Shown: positions 17,160 through 28,238, counted from the first letter of the stretch. The stretch: DNA of 64,000 nucleotides from a virus (IMGVR_UViG_3300037459_000157:6640-70639); one strand, 5' to 3'. Numbers and translations: made by a program. The notes: generated from the letters alone by a model not told the origin.

Positions 17160-20100
17160 ATGGTCGCAATCACAGTCGCAACGAACGTCACGATTCGCAC
17201 GGGAGCTCAGGGCGTCAAGGGTTCGCCGGGCGGGTCCGTGCCCCATGCACCAGATCACGAGGTTGGTGGGAGCGACGTTATCACGGTCGAGGACCTGGCC
17301 ACGGCTGGCACCATTGGCCAGGTTCCGACCTCGGATGGCGCGGGCGCTCTGACCATGCAGGCCAACGCTTCCGGCAACGTGAGCTCGCCTGGTGGTGAAT
17401 CTGCTGGGTTCCTCGCCGAGTTCACGGGCAGCAGTGCGATCGGTACGACCACTATCACATCCGCGTCGGTGGTCACCCACCTGGCGAGCACGGCGAATCC
17501 TCACTCAGTCACGGCTGGCCAGGCTGGTGCAGACCCGGCAGGCACGGCTACGGCCGCGGTTAGTGCTCACGACATCGATACGGGTGCGCACGCGAACCTT
17601 CCGGTCGAGAACCTGGCAACGGCCGGTACGAGCGGGCAGGTGCCCACTTCAGACGGCGCCGGCAATCTGGTGATGACGACTCCGGTCACAGGCGTCACGG
17701 CTCACTCGGCTTTGACTGGGTTGACGGTGGGCGACGACCATACGCAGTACCAGCTGCGCACGGAGAAGAACGCAGCGAATGGGTACCCGGGGCTCAGCGC
17801 AGGCACCAAGCTCGACGGCGCGCAGCAGACCTATGGTGCCCTCGCGAACACGGCGACCGAGGGCAATGACTCGCGAGTGCCGACCCAGGGCGAGAACGAT
17901 GCTCTGGTCGGAACGAATGGCGTGCCGGCGACCGGCAATCCCTACGTCACCGACTCCGACCCGAGAAATACGAATGCTCGGACGCCGACGGTTCACGCAA
18001 ATACGCATGAGGACGGGCAGTCTGATGCGATCACTGGCGCCGCATTGGAGACGACGATCACTCCGGCGCCGACGAATTACACACCTACAGCGAACACAAT
18101 CAAGGGCCAATTTGGTGGCGTAGACAACGATCTAGGTACGTTGCTAAAGCTCGATGGTACGCGCAAGATGACGGGCGATTTCGATGTCGACGGCAATGAC
18201 ATCCAGGGCGGAATCACACTCGGCGGCACGCTGGCAGGTGTTGGCCTATTCGACTACGTCGACGAGGTCGGTTCGGTCGGGTTCTTCGGCGACCCGGCCG
18301 GTCTCATCACGGCAAGCGGCATCAACTTCGATGTGGCTGCAGGCATCGGGTCGTTTCACACGCTGGCAACTGTGAATAGCCCACTAGGCCTTGGTGACTG
18401 GCCGGCTGCGTTGGCTAATTTAATACCGCTGGACAGCATCCGATACGTTGGTGTCGAATGGAATGCGGGCACGCCTCAGGTCGTCATCAAGACAACGAAT
18501 GTTTGGACGCTGATTCAGGAATGGCCGCTCGGCACAGTCACCCGCGATGCCGATGGTGTGCACCCGACACCGGTTCCGATTCGTCTGAGCAACTTCGCGT
18601 CGCTCATCGACCAACGCATCTCGGAGACCGATCCGTTCGCCCGGGCCAATGGACTGAACCTCGGCAATACATTGCTCACTGTGCAGCGTACAGCCGGCCG
18701 TGGGTGGCTAGTGACAACGCCGCAAGACTTCGCGTTGTTCAACTCAGGTGCATCGGATACGTTCGACCGATACTTTCAGGACAGCCCCAGCGGATTCAAT
18801 GTTCAGCTAAATCAAACATCGTTCGAGGACCAGAGCTTCGAGAACGGCAGCGGCACGCTTGGAGTTCTGACCAATAACCGATTTGGCGTCCGATGGTTCT
18901 ACATGGACATCCAGACCGGCGGGTTGTCGATGATGTATGGCACGTCAAACACCAACGACATAGCTATCGCTTTGAACGAAGAGCCGCCGGCAGACTTGCC
19001 TCCGAGACTTCAGGTCGGAAACATTCTCCTGGGGCGATATGTGTTCGTCAAGAGCGGTGGCGTTGCGATTGACGTCGCTGACATTTGGGGTACAACCTTC
19101 TCGTCAGGCGGTGGCGGCGATGGTGACGTCACCGGACCAGCTGGTGGCACGGTTGCCGATGAGGTGACTGTGTTCGCGGACACGGGTGGCAAGGCTATCG
19201 CGGGCAGCGGGGGCTTGCTCTCGGCGAACCTCGCCGTGCTCGATGCGACGCGCACCTTCTCGAAGGTCGTACAATCCCAGGCGACGGATGACACGACGGT
19301 TGTCCACACGCTGACGAACACGGGCACGAACCCTGGCCAGAGCGACGAGCTTGTCGGAGACCGCAACCCTGAGGGGCTGGTCACAGCTGAGCCCGGAACT
19401 CGATACCATCGTCAGGACGGTGTCGACTCGACCGACTACATTCTCAAGTCGGCCGCCACAGCGAACACTCCATGGATCGAGGTGGGTTCAGACATGTCAG
19501 CTGGCGTTGCGGAGATCCAAGTCGGGCTCGACGGTGCCTCGGCTGCCGTCGCTATTGGTGGAACGCCGACGTCGGTGGCGATGGACTTCTCTGCGGTGAC
19601 CTTCGATGCGACGGTGTATACATTTGCGACCAATGATACAGATGTGACAGTCGACGTGTCGGGCCGATACGAGATAATTCTGGACGGGTCGGTGACGTCG
19701 ACCTCGGCGGGCACGTCGATTATCCTGGCGGAGATCTTCAACAACGGATCGCCCCTCACCAACGCCAGGTCGCAGACGGCGGTCGAGAACTCGACGATAT
19801 CGGCCAACGGTTTTACGGTGACGCGTATCGCCGACCTGACTGCGGGCAACGTGGTTGGGCCTAGGTTCACGCAGACCGCAGGCGCAGGCGCTGCGTCGAT
19901 CGACCCGGGCAGTCTGAGATTCTCGCTGAAGTTTTTCAGTGGGTCGATCGCCGGAGCCGTGAGTCGCAAAACAGATTTCGGGCTTGGAATCCCAGCACCT
20001 CACGCAATCGACACGAACAGCGCGACGCCGTGGAAGGTCGATGGTGCAGGTCAGGTCACGGAGATCGAGCTCGTTGCTCTGCTCGACACCGAGGGCGCGA

Positions 20101-20336
20101 GCGGTTCGTTCACGGTCGAGTTCTTCTTCGGCCCGGACGGAGGCCCATTTACCTCCATCGGCAGCGCGACCATCCTTCAGGGCACGCTCTCGGGCAGCTT
20201 CACACCGGGCTCGCCTGTCGCTTACCCGGCGGGCAGCACATTCAAATGCGACCGCACGGCCATTGGCGCGTTTCCTGGTGGGACCTCCGAGGACAAGCAG
20301 CGCATGACCGCCATCTTCCGGACGGAGATCAGCTAG
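17160..20336 (+). CDS. Large fibre-like virion protein (1058 aa)
   Basis: Thr/Gly-rich; His-containing fibre repeats (NPHSVT, DDHTQY, GNDSR) shared with 23474-25261. Confidence 0.7.
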   Translation: MVAITVATNVTIRTGAQGVKGSPGGSVPHAPDHEVGGSDVITVEDLATAGTIGQVPTSDGAGALTMQANASGNVSSPGGESAGFLAEFTGSSAIGTTTITSASVVTHLASTANPHSVTAGQAGADPAGTATAAVSAHDIDTGAHANLPVENLATAGTSGQVPTSDGAGNLVMTTPVTGVTAHSALTGLTVGDDHTQYQLRTEKNAANGYPGLSAGTKLDGAQQTYGALANTATEGNDSRVPTQGENDALVGTNGVPATGNPYVTDSDPRNTNARTPTVHANTHEDGQSDAITGAALETTITPAPTNYTPTANTIKGQFGGVDNDLGTLLKLDGTRKMTGDFDVDGNDIQGGITLGGTLAGVGLFDYVDEVGSVGFFGDPAGLITASGINFDVAAGIGSFHTLATVNSPLGLGDWPAALANLIPLDSIRYVGVEWNAGTPQVVIKTTNVWTLIQEWPLGTVTRDADGVHPTPVPIRLSNFASLIDQRISETDPFARANGLNLGNTLLTVQRTAGRGWLVTTPQDFALFNSGASDTFDRYFQDSPSGFNVQLNQTSFEDQSFENGSGTLGVLTNNRFGVRWFYMDIQTGGLSMMYGTSNTNDIAIALNEEPPADLPPRLQVGNILLGRYVFVKSGGVAIDVADIWGTTFSSGGGGDGDVTGPAGGTVADEVTVFADTGGKAIAGSGGLLSANLAVLDATRTFSKVVQSQATDDTTVVHTLTNTGTNPGQSDELVGDRNPEGLVTAEPGTRYHRQDGVDSTDYILKSAATANTPWIEVGSDMSAGVAEIQVGLDGASAAVAIGGTPTSVAMDFSAVTFDATVYTFATNDTDVTVDVSGRYEIILDGSVTSTSAGTSIILAEIFNNGSPLTNARSQTAVENSTISANGFTVTRIADLTAGNVVGPRFTQTAGAGAASIDPGSLRFSLKFFSGSIAGAVSRKTDFGLGIPAPHAIDTNSATPWKVDGAGQVTEIELVALLDTEGASGSFTVEFFFGPDGGPFTSIGSATILQGTLSGSFTPGSPVAYPAGSTFKCDRTAIGAFPGGTSEDKQRMTAIFRTEIS

Positions 20337-20339
20337 GCT

Positions 20340-22553
20340 ATGACGTCGATCATCGCAAGCGCCACATCGGCTTCAACGGGGACTGGCACGACCGCAACGG
20401 TCACGCTGAACAGCATCACCGGGACCGATGTGGCGATCGTCACGGTCTCGTCGGCTCGGACGGCGAACACCGCATTCACGCTCAATAGTGTGACGTGGGA
20501 CGCGACGACGATGACGACGGCCATCGAGCGGATTGCCGATCTCAACGGGTTTCCTCGCGGCCTTGTGCGCATCTCGGTGCTGCCTATCGGTAACCCTTCT
20601 GGCCTGAACGCCAATGCGGTGATGACATTGTCGACATCGCTCGCATCGCGCGAGATCACGGTGTATGCGGTCGAGGGCGTCGACCAGACAACGCCCATCA
20701 TCGACACCGACTCAAGCGCTGTCATCTCGGCTGCATCGAGCACGTCGGACGTCGTCACAAGCTCCGACGATGACATCGTTTTCGGGGGCCTGACCTTGGC
20801 CGCGCAGCAGACGGTCACCTCGACGAGCGGCCTCGTCAAAGACGCGAACGTCACCAAGTCTAGCCCGGCTGCATTCACGCACGTCGCGGGCCACAAGAGC
20901 CCATCTGATGCAACCTCTACGACGGTGTCGTGGTCGTGGAGCTCGTCGTCATTTGTCCACGTGGCTGCGTCGTTCCTGAACTCTGGGTTCGTCCCTGGCG
21001 CTACGCCGGTCATCTCGAACACCGTCAGCAGCAAGGGCACGGATGGGATCATCCCTGTCACGGATACCAACATCACGATCAACGGTACGGGCTTTCAGGG
21101 CACGGTCAGCACCAAGGTTTTCTACTCAAGCAGCTCGACATTCGGTGTGGGCATCCAGGTTGAGCAGCCGATTGATACCATCACATCGACGTCGATTAAC
21201 TGGTTGGAGCCTCAGCTTGGTGACATTGGCCGCGGCAATCAGTTCATCTTCGTGCGGACCAACGAGGGCGAGATCGATGAAGAGACGTCAGTTGCATTCG
21301 CTGTCCAGGTGGAGGCCTTCGTCAGCACGGGTATCCCCACGCTCACGCATTTCATCCATGTTTGCAACGGCGTCTCGAGCACTCAGACGATCATCGACAA
21401 CCTGGGCTACACGCCCAAGGCATGCGTCATCAGTGCGATCGCTACGACGAATCTAGACTCGGTCGATGCCGATGCTCCATCGAGCATTTGCTTCGTGGCC
21501 ACCAATGGCACGATGGGCGACGGCATTGCGTCGAAGTCAGCTGGTGGTGAGGTGCTGCGGCGCATCGCTATCTCTGGCACAGGATCGTTGATCGTGATGA
21601 GCTCGGCGTCCACGAGCGCAGCAGACCTCGTGAGGGGCACACCTTCGTTCCTCGCTGAAGGCCTTCAGATCATATTCACGGCCAACACCAACGGGGTTCG
21701 GCTGCAGATCACGATCATCGGCGGCGACAGTATCGAGTCCTCGATTGACGAGATTCTCATCAGCGACGGCGCTCTGACTGGGTTGCCATTCGCACCTGAG
21801 CTGCTCATCGGGACGACTGTTGGGCTCACACAGGGTTCTGATTCCGACAACATCTTCGCACTGCGCAGTTGGGGACTAGCCAACGCAACCGACCAATGCC
21901 TGCTTGGGTTCAACAATGGTGTGACTCGGAACTGCGTGGCTAAGAGTGCATCGTTTCTCGGGCAGGTGGTGGACACATCTTTCACCTGGGAGATGGCAAT
22001 CACCGCTCTCACCAGCGACGGGTTCACATGGTCGGGGAGCAATGCGGACAAGGCGTATGTGATGTCGCTCAACCTAAGTGGCCGCGCCACGTTCATCGGC
22101 CAGTTCACGACGAGCGCCAGTGGCACGCCTGGCATGTCGGAGCAGTTGCCCGATGTGGGGTTCGACCCTGCGATCATTCTGATGACATCTGCGGTCCGTA
22201 CTGCGGACACTCTGACGGTAGCCCTGGGCGGTCGCTACTCGTGGGGCACGTGCACGCCTGTTCTTGCCAACCGAGTCGTCAGCACGAAGTTTGTGCCGGC
22301 CACAGGCGCAGGTACGGCGGAGCAGTTCCAGTCTGAGGACTTGATACTCGCGGGCAGTGCGAACGCGGGCGCCAACGAACTTGAGGGACGGATCACTGTG
22401 TTCGGCCAGGTCTCCACCATACTCTATCCAGTGAAGCCCGCGGCCGCGATCATCACTCACATCATAGCCATCGAGGCGGGCGCGGATGAGACTATCGCCG
22501 TCGATGCAGACGGTGGCCACATAGCCACTCTGACTCAGGGACAGGAGCCGTAA
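20340..22553 (+). CDS. Beta-rich virion structural protein (737 aa)
   Basis: Ser/Thr-rich; G(Y/F)xP-hydrophobic repeats (LGYTPKA, LPFAPELLI, VGFDPAII). Confidence 0.6.
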   Translation: MTSIIASATSASTGTGTTATVTLNSITGTDVAIVTVSSARTANTAFTLNSVTWDATTMTTAIERIADLNGFPRGLVRISVLPIGNPSGLNANAVMTLSTSLASREITVYAVEGVDQTTPIIDTDSSAVISAASSTSDVVTSSDDDIVFGGLTLAAQQTVTSTSGLVKDANVTKSSPAAFTHVAGHKSPSDATSTTVSWSWSSSSFVHVAASFLNSGFVPGATPVISNTVSSKGTDGIIPVTDTNITINGTGFQGTVSTKVFYSSSSTFGVGIQVEQPIDTITSTSINWLEPQLGDIGRGNQFIFVRTNEGEIDEETSVAFAVQVEAFVSTGIPTLTHFIHVCNGVSSTQTIIDNLGYTPKACVISAIATTNLDSVDADAPSSICFVATNGTMGDGIASKSAGGEVLRRIAISGTGSLIVMSSASTSAADLVRGTPSFLAEGLQIIFTANTNGVRLQITIIGGDSIESSIDEILISDGALTGLPFAPELLIGTTVGLTQGSDSDNIFALRSWGLANATDQCLLGFNNGVTRNCVAKSASFLGQVVDTSFTWEMAITALTSDGFTWSGSNADKAYVMSLNLSGRATFIGQFTTSASGTPGMSEQLPDVGFDPAIILMTSAVRTADTLTVALGGRYSWGTCTPVLANRVVSTKFVPATGAGTAEQFQSEDLILAGSANAGANELEGRITVFGQVSTILYPVKPAAAIITHIIAIEAGADETIAVDADGGHIATLTQGQEP

Positions 22554-23455
22554 TGGCGGAAACGTATCTCAAAAGTGAATTCACCAGCCTAGGTGGTGCC
22601 AACGTCGACGCGGGGGTTCTGCGTGCGACGATTGAAAAGAACGGGATCATCGTCGTGGCTCTCGCCGATGGGCCGACTGCGTTGCGGTGGATCGACGAGG
22701 TGGCCGACCCTACCTACGAGATCACCTTCGTCTCGACGTTGCCCGCTCCGCAGGTGACCGAGCTGGATATCCTCATCGCCGCACACGCTGGCCCGTCTGA
22801 TGTGTCGCAGGCAGTGCGCGTATTTTTCGAGTCAACGCCCCCGCTGGTGACTGATGACTCGGACAGACTGTTCGAGATCGGCGATCTGTGGCACGATAGC
22901 AGCACGGACCACGCCTACATCCTGACCGACGCCACGGTTGGTGCAGCCGCATGGCTGTGGACATCGGGCTGGGGCCTGTCCAGGCCTGACGACTCGCCGA
23001 AGCTTCGCTCTAGCCTGCAGACGGCCGGTGAGACTGCGCCGACCATCAATCAGGTCATCATCACTGATGGTGTTGGCGACTGGGACCTGGCCGACTACGG
23101 CGGCACTCAGGACCGCGGATACTTCGAGGAGTTCGGCGCGGTCACCTCGGCCACTATACCTACGCTGAGAATGGACGAGAATCCGACATTGCTCGCAGGT
23201 CGATATCTGTTGGAGTGGATGTGCACGGTCGACGGGAGTTCTACGGCGACGGTAAGCAAAGCGACCTTCAAGTTCGCCGGCAGTGACATCGACTCGATCA
23301 CCACTGACGCTGCCATGAAGTTCAGCGGGTTCGTCGAAAGGGTAGTGACGGCGGGTGCGAAGAGCATGCAGCTTGAAATCGACAAGGACTCAGGCGGAGG
23401 TTCGGCAGAGATGTCTCAGTCCGCAATGCGGTATACCTGGATCGCGGCCACATAG
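22553..23455 (+). CDS. Fibre-associated virion protein
   Basis: P..TDD....IGDLW.D...D.AYIL.DA..GAA.W motif; N-domain resembles that of the next gene. Confidence 0.6.
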   Translation: MAETYLKSEFTSLGGANVDAGVLRATIEKNGIIVVALADGPTALRWIDEVADPTYEITFVSTLPAPQVTELDILIAAHAGPSDVSQAVRVFFESTPPLVTDDSDRLFEIGDLWHDSSTDHAYILTDATVGAAAWLWTSGWGLSRPDDSPKLRSSLQTAGETAPTINQVIITDGVGDWDLADYGGTQDRGYFEEFGAVTSATIPTLRMDENPTLLAGRYLLEWMCTVDGSSTATVSKATFKFAGSDIDSITTDAAMKFSGFVERVVTAGAKSMQLEIDKDSGGGSAEMSQSAMRYTWIAAT

Positions 23456-23473
23456 CGGCTAGAAGGACGCAGC

Positions 23474-25261
23474 ATGGCTACAGAAATTTACGCAATCACA
23501 GACTTCAGCGGGGAGACCATCTACCCCGCCTATCTTGAGCAGCTCGCTCTCGACGACAGCTTGCCCTGCACTGGTGTGAGCTTGAGACCCCATGGGAACT
23601 CAGACAAAGTGGTCTTCACCTTCTCGTCCGCGCTGTCGGCCCCGGAGAAGACGACGCTCGACGCCATCGTCACCTCCTACACTGGGGCGGGCGGCGACAC
23701 CAATGGGGACTTCTACTTCAACACCCACCTGCTGATAGATACGAGCGGCCTGCAGCTCTGCAAGGGGGTCACCGGGCCCTACATGCTGCTGAAGGACGAC
23801 ACGCAGCCTGCGAATGAGCAGGTATGGATGGTGGATAGCAACTCCACGTCCATGCGCATAGGCACGGGCACTGATGCCCTAGTATTTTCCACCTCGGCGA
23901 TTGAGATTCTCAGGACCGGGACCACGGTAGATTCGGTCGACATCAAGGTTCCGCTCGTCGTGACTGGCGAGGTGACCGCAGGCGAGCCCACTTCGCCATC
24001 GGCTCTCGCAACGAAGGGGTACGTCGATGCCCGGGACCAAGGTGTCGAGTGGCAGCCTTCGGTCATATCGGTTCTGAACACTCCGCCCGGTTCTCCAACG
24101 ACCGACGACCGGCATCTAGTTGGTACGTCGCCGACCGGTGACTATGCGACCCACGCCAACGAGTTCGCCACCTACAACGGATCGACATGGGACTTTCAAG
24201 TCCCGACCCAGGGCACATCGGTCGTCGTCGATACGCCGAACGGTCAGCTGAATTACAATGGCACGGCTTGGATCAACCTGGGCTCCATCGTCAATCATGC
24301 CAACTTGATCAACCTGACCACTGGCGACCCGCACACCCAGTACCAGCTCGGCTCAGGCAGGAACGCAGCGAGCGGATACGCCGGGCTCGACGGGTCCTCG
24401 AAGCTGACGGGGACCCAGCAGGTCTACGGCACTGCGGCGAACACCGCATGCCAGGGCAACGATGCCCGGCTGTCGGACTCGCGCACGCCGACATCGCACA
24501 CGATAGTAAGCCATGACACGACGGCGACCGGGGCGAATCTCAACACGTTGACCGGTGGCGGCAACGCTGACTCCCAGCACACTCACGCTGCGCTGCAGCT
24601 GACCAGCGCGAAGAACTCCGTGAGTGGATATGCTGGCCTCGATGGCTCGTCGAAGCTGACCGGGTCTCAACAGACGTACGGCACCGCGGCGGACACTGCA
24701 TGCGTAGGCAACGATGCTCGACTCTCGGACTCGCGCACACCATCGACACACGCGACCAGCCACAGCGACGGCGGGTCTGATGAGATTACGATTGAGAACC
24801 TCGCCACGTCGGGGGCATCGGGCAAGGTGCCGACGTCTGATGGATCGGGCGGTCTCACCATGGAGACGCCAGCGGGCGGGGTGTTCGGGAGTGAGCTGAA
24901 TCTGGCGAAGAATACCTCTGAAACTACTGTCAACGATGCAGTTTTTTTGTCTCAAGTCAGGCTGCCTGCAACTGGCAATATCACTTTTCCTGCAGGAACA
25001 TATCTGCTCAGCGTTAGTTATCGCTGGACGCTTTCAAGCACATCATCAAATTTTGTTTGTCAGGTACTAGAGAAGGGGTCTCAACTAGGCGAACTGCATT
25101 CGCAAGAACCGCAAGACGGCCTCAGTAAGGCCTTCGTGACTAGATTGTTTCACATAACCTTGGCCGCAGGCGACTTTAACTGGGATGTGCAGTATAAAGA
25201 TGGTGGTGCAGGAACTGCTCGAATGTCGGACGCATACATCTCGATCTGGAGACTGCTGTGA
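23474..25261 (+). CDS. Fibre-like virion protein (595 aa)
   Basis: ATKGYVD, WQPSV and DUF2793-like segment; duplicated GNDARLSDSRTP repeats. Confidence 0.7.
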   Translation: MATEIYAITDFSGETIYPAYLEQLALDDSLPCTGVSLRPHGNSDKVVFTFSSALSAPEKTTLDAIVTSYTGAGGDTNGDFYFNTHLLIDTSGLQLCKGVTGPYMLLKDDTQPANEQVWMVDSNSTSMRIGTGTDALVFSTSAIEILRTGTTVDSVDIKVPLVVTGEVTAGEPTSPSALATKGYVDARDQGVEWQPSVISVLNTPPGSPTTDDRHLVGTSPTGDYATHANEFATYNGSTWDFQVPTQGTSVVVDTPNGQLNYNGTAWINLGSIVNHANLINLTTGDPHTQYQLGSGRNAASGYAGLDGSSKLTGTQQVYGTAANTACQGNDARLSDSRTPTSHTIVSHDTTATGANLNTLTGGGNADSQHTHAALQLTSAKNSVSGYAGLDGSSKLTGSQQTYGTAADTACVGNDARLSDSRTPSTHATSHSDGGSDEITIENLATSGASGKVPTSDGSGGLTMETPAGGVFGSELNLAKNTSETTVNDAVFLSQVRLPATGNITFPAGTYLLSVSYRWTLSSTSSNFVCQVLEKGSQLGELHSQEPQDGLSKAFVTRLFHITLAAGDFNWDVQYKDGGAGTARMSDAYISIWRLL

Positions 25262-25339
25262 TTCACCTAGCGCCAGCCGCGCCCACCCCTAACACCTTGA
25301 CAATGCATCCTTATAGCGCTCGAATGTACAAGGGCGCCT

Positions 25340-26692
25340 ATGCCTGAGCATCTCAAACGCACAAAGGACACCATCGAGAGACGCGGGGACAAGTATGTGC
25401 TGCTTTCTGCGGCAGGCGATGTCCTGGGCGAGCACGATTCTGAGGAAGCTGCGCGGGCGCAGGAGCGGGCAATCAAGGCTGCCAAGGCCTTGAGGGATAC
25501 CGCAGACTCTGAGGACTGGGTCGACACCGTAGACTTCGCGCCCTTCAGCAAGGTCGATAGCCGCGACGCAAACGGGTTCCTTCGGGTGTCCGCCACCGTT
25601 ACGAAGCCGGGCGTATACGCCTACGTTCGCGACGGCAAGATTCGCCACGAGCTCAAGCCGGAGAGTGAAATCTTCGCACCGGTGCACATGGAGAGCGTGC
25701 ACGGTGCAGTGGTCACCAGTGAGCACCCACCTGGTGCGGTTGCAGTGACCCCGGAGAACTCCAAGAAGTTCCAGCGCGGTCATTCGATGTCAGCCCCCAC
25801 GCGTACCGCTGACGGGCTCGACGTTGACCTGGTGGTGACAGACCAGACGCTCATCGATGACGCTGAGAGCGGGCGCAGAACCGGCGTGTCGGAAGGCATG
25901 CGCAACACCTTCGACCACACGCCAGGAGTCTGGACAGCACCCGATGGATCGAAGCATCCATACGACGTCATTCAGACCAACATGGTCGCCAATCATCTCG
26001 CAATCGTGTCGACTCCAAGGGTCACGAGCGCGCAGCTGCATCTTGACTCCTTGGAACAGGACGGACCACAGGACAATCACACTATGGAAAATCAAGGAAC
26101 CCTCACCATTGACGGTGCTGACTTCCAGATCGACGCGAACATTGCGAAAGTCGCAATGGCATCTATTGCTCGCAAGGACGGCGAGCTCAAAGCACTGCAG
26201 GCGAAGCTCGACGAGGCCACTACCTCCAACGACTCGTTGACCGAGGAGAAGGACAAGCTCACCGAGGATAAGGACAAGGCTCTGGCCGAGCGCGACGCGG
26301 TCTCTGCTGAGCGCGACACTCTCAAGACCAAGGTCGAGACGGCGGACGCTGTCGACATCAACGAGCTGGTCACCAAGCGCCAGGAGTTTCTCGTGCGAGC
26401 TCAGAGCGTCATGAGTGCCGACAGCTTCGAAGAAGTCAAGGGCGGCACCGACAAGGAGATCATGAAGGCTGCTTGCGAGAAGAGCGGAACGAAGATGACT
26501 CAGGATTCAGACGTCTATGTCCATGTCCTGTTTGACACACTCGTGAGCCAGGCGGCAACGACAAACGACAGCAAGCTGATGAACGCGTCACTGACCATGC
26601 CTGCGGTTACGCCGACTCAAGCCTCTGAGCGCACCAGCCTCAACGATAGGCTGAGTAAACATCGAGCGGGTTCCGGACAGGTTGCGCACTAG
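25340..26692 (+). CDS. Prohead protease/scaffold (DUF2213)
   Basis: GFLRV...KPGVYAY, VT.EHP, NHLAIV..PR motifs followed by coiled coil. Confidence 0.85.
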   Translation: MPEHLKRTKDTIERRGDKYVLLSAAGDVLGEHDSEEAARAQERAIKAAKALRDTADSEDWVDTVDFAPFSKVDSRDANGFLRVSATVTKPGVYAYVRDGKIRHELKPESEIFAPVHMESVHGAVVTSEHPPGAVAVTPENSKKFQRGHSMSAPTRTADGLDVDLVVTDQTLIDDAESGRRTGVSEGMRNTFDHTPGVWTAPDGSKHPYDVIQTNMVANHLAIVSTPRVTSAQLHLDSLEQDGPQDNHTMENQGTLTIDGADFQIDANIAKVAMASIARKDGELKALQAKLDEATTSNDSLTEEKDKLTEDKDKALAERDAVSAERDTLKTKVETADAVDINELVTKRQEFLVRAQSVMSADSFEEVKGGTDKEIMKAACEKSGTKMTQDSDVYVHVLFDTLVSQAATTNDSKLMNASLTMPAVTPTQASERTSLNDRLSKHRAGSGQVAH

Positions 26693-26701
26693 GAGATTGC
26701 C

Positions 26702-27208
26702 ATGGCACTTCCACAACTTACCTATCCCAATCAGTTCAGTCTGCCATTCGAGGGTGCTGCTGCGGATGGATCGACAGATTCGTTCAAGATCAGCGCTTCG
26801 AACGTGGCGGCCCCTTCGTTCTTCGGTCGAGCCTGCCTGGCAGTGACCACCGATGGTGAGCAGTTCGTTCAGCCCACCGGTTCGGCTGGTGTGTTCCTCG
26901 GCATTCTCATGGCGACGCACGCGATCGAGCAGAGCCAGGTCGTTGCTGCGACGGGCGAGCTTCCGGTCAATCACCCCGGCGCTGTGCTTCGGCGCGGTCG
27001 CATCTGGGTCGTGGCTGAGGATGTCGTATCGGACATCACGGCCGGCGTGTTCTACCGACACGCCACGCCAGGTGGTGACCCTGAGTTCTTCGGCCGGTTC
27101 CGTACCAACGCCGACACGGCGGCCGCAACACTCATCCCTGAAGCCCGCTGGGTTCGAGTCACATCGGCCGTTGGCGCGCTCACCATTGTGGAACTCAGTC
27201 TTCCCTAG
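26702..27208 (+). CDS. Capsid cement/decoration protein
   Basis: Between protease and MCP; FFGRA and VLRRGRIWV motifs. Confidence 0.8.
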   Translation: MALPQLTYPNQFSLPFEGAAADGSTDSFKISASNVAAPSFFGRACLAVTTDGEQFVQPTGSAGVFLGILMATHAIEQSQVVAATGELPVNHPGAVLRRGRIWVVAEDVVSDITAGVFYRHATPGGDPEFFGRFRTNADTAAATLIPEARWVRVTSAVGALTIVELSLP

Positions 27209-27224
27209 GGAGTAGGAGAATAAC

Positions 27225-28220
27225 ATGGCTAAAAATTTCAATCATGTGCCGCTCGCGTCCCTGGACCAGAGCGACATTACACAACTCAGCAACTATGAGC
27301 CACTGGCCTCGCTGGATGCTAACACCAACTACTTCTTCGCGCGCCAGCTTGAATACATCATCCCTGAGATGTTGGAGTTCGAGCATGGTCGCATCAGTGC
27401 GCGGACGGTGTTCCCCATCGACCGCCGTGCTGGTCCTGGTGCCGAGGTTATCGTCCTCCGGCAGATGACCAAGGTCGGTTCAGCTCGCATCGTTGCTGAC
27501 TACGCGAACGACATTCCGCTGGCCGACGTCTTCACCGAGGAGACTACGAGCAACGTCCGGTCGATTGTCGAGGCTGCGCAGTGGAGCATTCAGGAGATTC
27601 GCGCGTCGAAGCTTGCGAACATGAACCTCGACCGCGACAAGACTGATGCGGCTCGTGAGGATATTCTACGTGTGGAGAACAGGATCGCTTGGGAAGGCGA
27701 CGCAACGCACGGGCTGGCTGGGTTCTTCACCGACACCAACATTCCGCGGTTCACCGTGCCGACTGGCGTTGGTGGTGTGCCTTGGGTAGACAAGACTGGC
27801 GCCGAGATGGTGCTAGACATGAACCTGACGGTGAATCCGATTTCGGAAAACACCAACGGGGTCGAGGCTCCGGATACGCTGCTCATCCCAAGAGTGCAGT
27901 ACAACCGGGCCATCAGCACTCGGATGGAGACAGGTACCGATACCACGGCGCTGAGGTTCTTCGCGGAGAATAGCCCGTACATCGCGGGTATGGACAACAT
28001 CATCCCGATCGATGACATCGCTGGCCTTGGAACCGGCGGGGTCGATACGCTCATTGCGTACGAAAAGAACCAGAGAAAGCTGGTCATGAATATCCCTCTC
28101 GACCTGGAGCAGTTCCCGCCTCAAGTCCGGGACATGGTGACTAAGGTCATCTACCACGAGCGATTCGGCGGCGTGTTGATCAAAAAGCCTATATCGATTC
28201 GCATCGGTCAGGGCATCTAA
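27225..28220 (+). CDS. Major capsid protein (DUF2184, HK97 fold)
   Basis: FFARQLEYI, ENRIAWEGD, ERFGGVLIKKP. Confidence 0.9.
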   Translation: MAKNFNHVPLASLDQSDITQLSNYEPLASLDANTNYFFARQLEYIIPEMLEFEHGRISARTVFPIDRRAGPGAEVIVLRQMTKVGSARIVADYANDIPLADVFTEETTSNVRSIVEAAQWSIQEIRASKLANMNLDRDKTDAAREDILRVENRIAWEGDATHGLAGFFTDTNIPRFTVPTGVGGVPWVDKTGAEMVLDMNLTVNPISENTNGVEAPDTLLIPRVQYNRAISTRMETGTDTTALRFFAENSPYIAGMDNIIPIDDIAGLGTGGVDTLIAYEKNQRKLVMNIPLDLEQFPPQVRDMVTKVIYHERFGGVLIKKPISIRIGQGI

Positions 28221-28238
28221 CAGGAAGAACACACTCCC

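Noticed and set aside
24370-24745. Duplicated fibre segment as a DGR template/variable repeat pair
   Set aside because: Differences are mostly synonymous and not adenine-specific; no reverse transcriptase is present
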